DNA of 64,000 nucleotides. Origin: Penicillus capitatus (Eukaryota; Plantae; Chlorophyta). The position numbers and the translations under genes are program-made. Below the pieces are notes generated by a model. That model made no database searches, was not told the origin of the DNA, and saw only the letters and a program-made list of their open reading frames with translations. Where the stretch lies: positions 830,314-894,313 of the forward strand of contig OZ287705.1 of NCBI GenBank assembly GCA_965649825.1, given 5' to 3'. Positions 57,299-64,000 of the stretch are shown here, in pieces (position 1 is the stretch's first letter; every line of letters starts with the position of its first letter).

Positions 57299-57449
57299 GC
57301 CTCCCGGTTTTGCATCACCACGGTGATGGGTTTAGAATGTCTTTGGAGTCAGTGCTGTACTTTTGTAGGTCTCTGCCTAAATCTACTTACTTCTCAAACA
57401 ACACCTGCTCGTCTAATTCTGTGACGTACGACACAACAAAACAGTATTT

Positions 57450-58659
57450 CGATTGTGACATTTCTGACGACACAAACAGGGAAATTGACAAAAAAAGGAT
57501 AGAGTGTGATAGCTGCTTAGAAGGAATAACTACTGGCAATCAAGACCGTTGATTTATCCGCTGAATATGAGCAAACGGCAAGGGATTGATGAGAGATGCC
57601 TTTAGCTGCGAGCGATCTCCGTGTTGCGCCCCGTATGATTAGAGATAGCATCATATCACACCGAATAGTAGTAAAGGGCACGGTGGCAAAGGAAAGTTGG
57701 CGGTTCGTTTGTTCATTCAGTCTGTCTAGAATTGTATCGTTTACTTATTGTCGAAGACTCAGTTCTTCCTGCCTGTTCGTCTGTCTTGAGCACTCACTGG
57801 CTTATGATCTACATCGAGCACTGCGGGTTTTTATAGAAAGATCTGGCAAGCTTTGCGTTAAAGAAGTCATCCCTGAACGGTTCATTTGGCACTTGTCTTG
57901 GAAGGGGGCTTTGCTCTACTGGTTGGCTACTATTACTATCGAACACACCTTATTCCGCCTATTGACCGTATTACGGAGAAGAAACTTTCAGGGATATCGC
58001 AGTTTAGAGTATCAAAGATTTTATTAGGCATGAACAGCCCTGCGACATCTGATTGAATTCTACAAGTGTCCGTCTATTTCCGTATCAATTCTTCCTCCAC
58101 ACAGTGTTCTCCTCCACAAATAAAGAAACGTTGTTTGTTTTTTCACTTGGTGTGAGTCGGCCATACATACTCCCGTCTGTGGAGAGGGAGAGAATACCCA
58201 GTCACTACTGGGTTTTCTCGATTGATGATGTAGCCATGTAAGCATGCCCCTGCTGTTGCAAGAAGACTTTGATAAAGGTCTTGGCATCGGCCTGTCTAAA
58301 AATCGACTGGAATTTGGCTGACACACACCAGTGGTCCATTGGTCTCCTTCTACACTTATTGTATCGTACTGGAGCATTGAAAACAACGACGAACCAGAGA
58401 GAGCACTTTCTGATGTCTGCTTCTGATTACCTGTGCCTCGTGCAAGTGATCAAGAGGAATCATTTGATTTGGTTGTGTTCACCGATATCCAACGTGGCGT
58501 CAATGCTGACTTACCGAGGCATATTATATTCTGCTCGGTGTCAATGTTAACCGACTGAAGCCTACCTAATGTGTCTGCTCGCAATTGATTTCAACAATCA
58601 AAACGTCTGCCGTAACTTCCAGTTTGTTTCGGCTCTGCGCGCTTGACAGCCGAACGCAT
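57450..58659 (-). CDS. Cryptic multi-exon gene, divergent from VPS35
   Basis: Phase-compatible exons such as GRCQDLYQSLLATAGACLHGYIINRENPV, IQSDVAGLFMPNKIFDTLN and EQSPLPRQVPNEPFRDDFFNAKLARSFYKNP; GTAAGT donor near 58510. The 3' end is unresolved. Confidence 0.45.
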
Positions 58660-58690
58660 CGGACGGTGTGAGCGATAAGCGAAGGGAACG

Positions 58691-61600
58691 ATGGTAAAGA
58701 ACTCGAGACGAGAAAAACAAACGACGGGGAAGACCTGTGTTTTGTACAGACGGATTTAAACTACTATCCGTCGCCGGCAGAACAAGACCGCATTCTGAAT
58801 GAGTCCTTGAATTCGGTCAAGAAAAGCGCCTTCTTCATGAGAAAGTCTCTGGTAAGGTGACGGTCTCACGTAGTGCTGTAAACGACGCGATTCCACACAG
58901 GACGAGGAGAATCTAAGAGAAGGACTGAGGTATGCAAGAGATGTCTTGGGAGAACTGCGTTCCTCGCAACTGAACCCTCAAAAATACTACGAGCTGTACA
59001 TGAATGTTTTTGATCAACTCATACATCTCAGAGTGCAAACTCGGACTATCTGTTGTATGGATAGTGACTCTTATGCTGTTTACGCAGTCATTCATTTCGG
59101 ACGAACAAAAGAAGGGACGTAAGTTTGAAGAGCTTTATGAATTGGTGCAGCACGCGGGGAATGTCTTACCGAGACTGTGAGCGTCTCTTTTCCTTTGACA
59201 GTAAGTCATCGTGGCTGTGGTGCAGGTATTTGATGTGCACCGTTGGATCTGAGTACATCAAGGCGAAAGAAGCAAGCCCTCGTATCATCCTCAAGGATCT
59301 TGTGGAGTTATGTAAGGGTGTCCAGCATCCGACACGTGGACTTTTCCTGCGTTCTTACCTGTGCCAGGTTCGTTCTCTGCCCATGCCATTATCTTCAGAA
59401 ATTCGCATATCGATGCAGGTGTCGCGTGGCTTGCTGCCGGAGAAACTTCCAGACAGTGATGACGAATTTGGAAACATCAACCACTCCATCGATTTCCTTT
59501 TGTCTAATTTCGTCGAAATGAACAAACTGTGGGTCCGAATGCAGTTTCAAGGAAGCAAGATGGATCAGGAAAAGCGCGAAAACGAAAGAAAGATGCTGCA
59601 AGATCTAGTGGGTAAAAATCTGACATACCTGAGTCAACTGGACACGCTTGATTTCAACTTGTTCTCGACTTCGGTGTTGGACAAAGTGCGTACTATATCT
59701 GTGTGTGCACATGGCCATGACAGTTCTGTGGTCGACCCAGATACTGGGACAGGTGATCAGCTGCGATGACGTGATTGCACAGCAGTACTTGATGCAGTGC
59801 ATCATCCAGTGTTTTCCTGATGAATATCATCTTGGAACATTGGATGCTCTACTAGAATCATTGCCCAGACTGAAGCATGGTGTGAAGTTGCATCTTATTC
59901 TTGCTGGATTGATGGATCGATTCGCTGACTATGCACAGCAAAAAGCAGATACAGTAAAGGACGCAGACGCTTTTCAACGACTCGAAGAAACATGTTCAAC
60001 GGTGAACGATCCTGCAAAGCACGAAGGATATTGAGGGGCCAGTTCTTTCAGATTCTGAAGGCCCATGTAGATATGCATGCCGCAGATGTCATTGACATGT
60101 ATGTGGCAATGTTGAACTTTACGGCAAATGTCTATCCAGATCGATTGGATTACGTGAATGGCCTACTGACAACCTGTTTCAAGGTTTATTTTTTTCTCGC
60201 ACAATGAAGACATTCCTGTTTTGCAGGCGTTGACAAACAGGCCAAGTGTATACGATCAGTTGGGAGAAAACGCATTGTCGCGTTTGCTGTCAAGGCCATT
60301 GAGTCGCTACAATGTTGTGAAGTTGCTGGCTTTGGATAGCTATCCCAAACTCATGTGTCTTCTACGTCCGAAGAAAAGAAAACACATGGTGTGTTTGCTG
60401 CAGCGACTTAGAATTGAACGAGGACCATTCCCAATACTTGCAGGCACGGAAGATTGCGGAGGCCATTCTTGACGGTGGAGTGATTGTTGATACGGCTGAA
60501 AATGTGACGCGGTTGATGTCTTTTATCTCTCCTCTAATGAAGGATGTCGATGGAGTGGGGCAGGAAAATGAAGAAGTGCGTCCATTCAGTATTCCTGTCC
60601 TGTAATTATGCGCTAACTACAGGAAGAGGTCGATTCGTCTGCACAGCAAGAAAATGAGGAAATCGAAGAAGAGCAGACTTTGGTTGCACGGTTGTTACAT
60701 AACCTCATTTCTCCAGATCCGGTTGAGCAATTCTCGATCTTGAAAGGTTGTCCTTGCATGCAAGAGAACTCATCGAATTTGTGTTTCTGCCTCAGATCTA
60801 AGCAAACATTTGGAAGAAGGAGGCTTTCACAGAATGAAGTTCACACTGCCTTCCATGGTGTTCAATGGACTCAAACTTGTCCGATGCATAAGTAAGTTTC
60901 GTTCATGTACAGAATCTTCATAGTTCTTTGTCGCGTTAGAGAAATCGGATGGCGATAACACAGTCTCATACGAGAATATCTTTGACTGGCTGCTCTACCT
61001 TTGCGGTCTAATTGTCGAGATTCCAATGCCGATGATGGCTGTTCGTTGTTTGCTTCAATGTGCATACTCTGCCAGCGAAGAGGCAAACTTGGAGGACACG
61101 ACATATGATTGTTTTGAGCAGACATGTACTCTTTTCGAGGAGGCAATTGGACAGTCGAGTGAGAAAGGGACAGCGCTTCAGGCAATCATTGGAACATTGC
61201 ATCGCTGCCATGTGTTTGGAGACGAGAGCCGTGCATCTCTTAACCAAGCAATCCTAGGATACTGTTCGCAGATGTTGACGAAAGACGAGCAGTGTCGTTC
61301 GATTTGCCTCTATTCGCGTATCTTCTGGCAAGAAGCCTGCGAGGAGGGGAATACGAAGCAGGTGGTCAAGGATGCAGATAGTGTGATGACGGCACTAAAG
61401 AGGTGTATCAAATTGGCAAGTGCAGCGCAAAGGAGGGCCAACATTCTGAAACGTCTCGGAAAAAATATTGAAACTGTTTGCTTTTCGTTCACCGTACCGA
61501 TTCACAGTCCGTGTTGCTTACTAGGTCGGACTGTATGTGGAGCTGTTAAACAACTACCTCTACTATTTTGACAAAGGAAATGATCAGATATCGAAGTCTG

Positions 61601-61823
61601 TGCTGCAACAGTTTATTGATCTTGTGGCAAATGAAATGGCAGATGAAAAGGTGTGTCGTTTTCTTTTGACAGGTATCTTACGTGCAATGTGCATTTTCAG
61701 GTCAGCACCTCAATGGCAAAGTTCTATGACAATACACTGGAACACGTCTTAATCCAGCAAGAAGACAACGCGGAAGACAACAAGTACGATGGAGTTCAGG
61801 TTCCACCTTTGTTGAGATCGTAA
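58691..61823 (+). CDS. VPS35: Retromer subunit VPS35
   Basis: LRSSQLNPQKYYELYM, LYELVQHAGNVLPRL, GVQHPTRGLFLRSYL, NFVEMNKLWVRMQ and QQYLMQCIIQCFPDEYHL. The first exon is ATG only (intron 58694-58749). Confidence 0.96.
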
Positions 61824-61864
61824 GAAGATATATCCACCTTACTCTGCTGATGTAACAAGGCATA

Positions 61865-62426
61865 TTAGTGTTCTTCTCTCAACTTTCTGGATATTGCAAT
61901 GGTGTCCGTGTCAAAGAATATCTCTCTGCGATAGCACAGATTCTACACAGAATCAGAAGAGACACTCGCAAAGTGCTTCTTCTTGCTTTGTCTGTAGGGC
62001 ATGTGAGAGTTTTTGATCCGTTTCTGAAATGTCTTGTAAAAGTAAGAACATCTATTGTTGAGGGTTTTGTGCGAGAAACATTTACATCATTAGCCAGGAA
62101 GTGTCGCGTAGCAGCTGAAGAGGACATTGCTTTTCAAGCGTGCTGATCACTTGGCCTGTTCACTACATGTGGATCCCGACTGCTTTCATATACATACTCA
62201 TGAGTTATATCCTATAGCTAAAAGAAAACACCTCTCGAATCGAAGTCGGAAAAAGAGACAGATCCTTGTCTAAAATGAGTCAGCAGTATTCGATCCTTCA
62301 GCTATCCGAATTCTGCCAGCTTCACTTCGTTACTGTACTTAAATCAGATCTCCTACCTCTTCGTCTGGTTACGAAATCGTTGGTAACACGAACGAGGGTG
62401 TTCGAATACTGCAATGGGTCATGCAT
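61865..62426 (-). CDS. Possible cryptic multi-exon coiled-coil protein
   Basis: Exon-like pieces LKDRILLTHFRQGS, QVISTLEKQCPLQLLRD, LLLQDISETDQKLSHALQTKQEEAL and REIFFDTDTIAISRKLREEH*. Junction phases are not fully resolved. Confidence 0.35.
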
Positions 62427-62866
62427 GCTTATTCTTAGATGCCCGCTTAAGAGAATTAACACCAATGTCTCAAAAGATGCGGCAAATCAATTACAGTTAT
62501 TTGAATTTAGATGTCGACGAGAGAATCTGACTCATCTTCTATACTGCGAACTCTTCTGCGCACTTTCGCAGAGTTGCAGTAACATGTCTGCTTTCCACGT
62601 TCGCGTCAACATGGTGTTACAGCATTCTGTTGTGTAGGTCACGGAAGACGGAATGCCAATCTCTGGACGAAAAATTGTCCTCAGAGTCGCTGCCCGTGTC
62701 GGAAAGTGGCGGAATCCGCGTCCCAGATTTTAACATTCAAGAAAGAAATCGACCAAAGCTTTTGCGTGTTGTCGCAAAAAAGCATAACATTGTCAACACC
62801 AAGACGCTTGTCGCAGCATACAACTCCACGACGGATAAGAATGAGCGAAGTGTTCTCTTTGAATGG

Positions 62867-63013
62867 TGTCAGTGGACAGCTGTCCACCTTCGTGCAGCTG
62901 CCACGGGACGCGTCAAATGTCACATCGACGCGTATAAAGACCGAACATTACTTGTCAGAACAGTCTTTTAAGCTTTACGCCTTCGTCGTTAACCCGTCCT
63001 GACGAACACGACA
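62867..63013 (+). repeat. 5' LTR (147 bp)
   Basis: Identical to 63528-63674; TG...CA ends; TATAAA at 62933-62938; 16-bp palindrome at 62872-62887. Confidence 0.93.
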
Positions 63014-63025
63014 TGGTTTCGGAGC
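63014..63025 (+). promoter_or_regulatory. Primer-binding site (initiator tRNA-Met type)
   Basis: TGGTTTCGGAGC directly after the 5' LTR; the canonical tRNAi-Met PBS is TGGTATCAGAGC (10/12 identical). Confidence 0.8.
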
Positions 63026-63128
63026 GACAAAGATTCCGGCGATAGAATCCCGTCATCAAAGACTGAAGACTTTCCAAGACACGACCGTGGTGACAGCGTT
63101 TTACCTACCACCTGCAGTCTGTAGTTCG

Positions 63129-63212
63129 TTCCATCGTCCGAGCTGCTGTGTTTCAGTTCCACCGTCCGAGTTGCTGTGTTTCAGTTCCACCGTCCGAGTT
63201 GCTGCGTTTCAG
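63129..63212 (+). repeat. Three tandem 28-bp repeats inside the TRIM
   Basis: TTCCAYCGTCCGAGYTGCTGYGTTTCAG x3, head to tail with no spacers. Confidence 0.9.
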
Positions 63213-63425
63213 TTTCACGCTGCGATAAGCGTGCTGTTGCGCATTGTTGTGTTTACGTTCATTGTTACTTTGTCCGTGTTTACGTTTTCTATCTGGGTCA
63301 CCACGGACGTGTTGTCGCTGTGAAGTACGGTTCGAATTTCCAGAGTCGGCGCTGAAGTCTCAGAGACGTAAGAGCTACAAAGCTGCGGCGAATGGGCCGC
63401 AGAGGGAGAAGCCACGTGACGATGG

Positions 63426-63450
63426 CCCTGGTTCGACTCCTGGCCAGCCT
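63426..63450 (+). promoter_or_regulatory. tRNA T-arm / Pol III B-box-like motif inside the TRIM
   Basis: GGTTCGACTCC at 63430-63440 matches GGTTCGANTCC; flanks CCTGG/CCTGG form a 4/5 T-stem. Confidence 0.5.
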
Positions 63451-63509
63451 GATGACATCCCGACTATCGTGAAATGTGTTCCGTATACATTATTCGGAGT
63501 CTGCACAAC

Positions 63510-63523
63510 GGAAAGGGGGTGGG
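63510..63523 (+). promoter_or_regulatory. Polypurine tract
   Basis: GGAAAGGGGGTGGG, 4 nt before the 3' LTR. Confidence 0.8.
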
Positions 63524-63527
63524 CACA

Positions 63528-63674
63528 TGTCAGTGGACAGCTGTCCACCTTCGTGCAGCTGCCACGGGACGCGTCAAATGTCACATCGACGCGTATAAAG
63601 ACCGAACATTACTTGTCAGAACAGTCTTTTAAGCTTTACGCCTTCGTCGTTAACCCGTCCTGACGAACACGACA
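63528..63674 (+). repeat. 3' LTR (147 bp)
   Basis: Identical to the 5' LTR. Confidence 0.93.
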
Positions 63675-64000
63675 ATGGTTAAGCAAATATGGCGAAAGAA
63701 GCGAAGACTGCCTCACACCGAAGGTCGTCCTTGAGTATGCAGAATTGGCCAAAGTCTTCCATGCGTCCGAACAAGATGCGGACTTTCTGAGGGAGTTGGT
63801 GTATGCCCTCGCTTCTCGAATCCGTCCAGGCGAATTTCTTAACGAGAACGTCGCAAAGGCTCTTTTAAACGCACTCACCTGGGTGGATGCGACCGTCTAC
63901 GATGACCCCGCACAGCTGATTGTCCTTGCCAAAAAACTACTGTTTAGTTTGTCCTCAGATCTAAGACTAACGAAGCACAACTTTGCAAAATACGAAGCGA

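Larger units (their letters stand above)
62867..63674 (+). mobile_element. Non-autonomous LTR retroelement (TRIM-like), 808 bp
   Basis: Two identical 147-bp direct repeats starting TGTC and ending GACA; 4-bp TSD ATGG (62863-62866 and 63675-63678); PBS; PPT; no gag/pol. Confidence 0.93.
62511..64000 (+). pseudogene. Unknown helical-repeat protein gene interrupted by a TRIM insertion (continues past the window end)
   Basis: Intron 62581-62639. Removing 62867-63678 joins ...NERSVLFEW to LSKYGERSEDCLTPKVVLEYAELAK... in frame, and the frame stays open to 64000. Confidence 0.75.

Noticed and set aside
63129-63212. CRISPR array
   Set aside because: The repeats are contiguous with no spacers, the context is eukaryotic and there are no cas genes.
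63394-63450. Functional tRNA gene
   Set aside because: Too short, the acceptor stem pairs only 5/7 and there is no proper anticodon arm; kept only as a tRNA-like motif.
63661-63663. Stop-codon readthrough joining ORF 63244-63663 to the downstream frame
   Set aside because: The upstream part is TRIM interior and LTR sequence, not host coding sequence.

Overview
Nuclear DNA from a very compact, intron-rich green-algal (chlorophyte) genome. About 35-40 protein genes lie in 64 kb, the introns I traced are mostly 42-70 nt, and the genetic code is standard (TAA, TAG and TGA all end conserved proteins). A siphonous/Bryopsidales-like origin is a guess. Recognisable genes: CHUP1-like, NIT2/NLP (GAF + RWP-RK), NDUFA2, uL23m, PheRS-alpha, DExH helicase, C2-lipase, ALG9, Tim44-like, RPS7, Iojap, FtsHi, BIRC6-like E2, SAE2/COM1, DEX1, delta-COP, RAP protein, hnRNP-Q acidic-domain protein, RPC7, SufC, PIG-Y, a divergent MDH, GT4, mTERF, KsgA, glutaredoxin and VPS35. 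There are also several cryptic multi-exon genes that the ORF track misses. The strongest unexplained structure is an 808-bp non-autonomous LTR element (TRIM-like, 62867-63674). It has identical 147-bp TG...CA LTRs, a 4-bp TSD, a PBS, a PPT and an internal tRNA B-box, and it sits inside an otherwise intact exon. Its junctions create an in-frame GT...branch point...AG route by which it could be spliced out. Other highlights: an MDH with Arg92->Phe at the substrate-specificity site, a CHUP1-like actin regulator with a WH2-like motif, and same-strand gene gaps of 35-70 nt that suggest polycistronic or overlapping transcription. All gene models were spliced by eye and ends marked approximate are uncertain.
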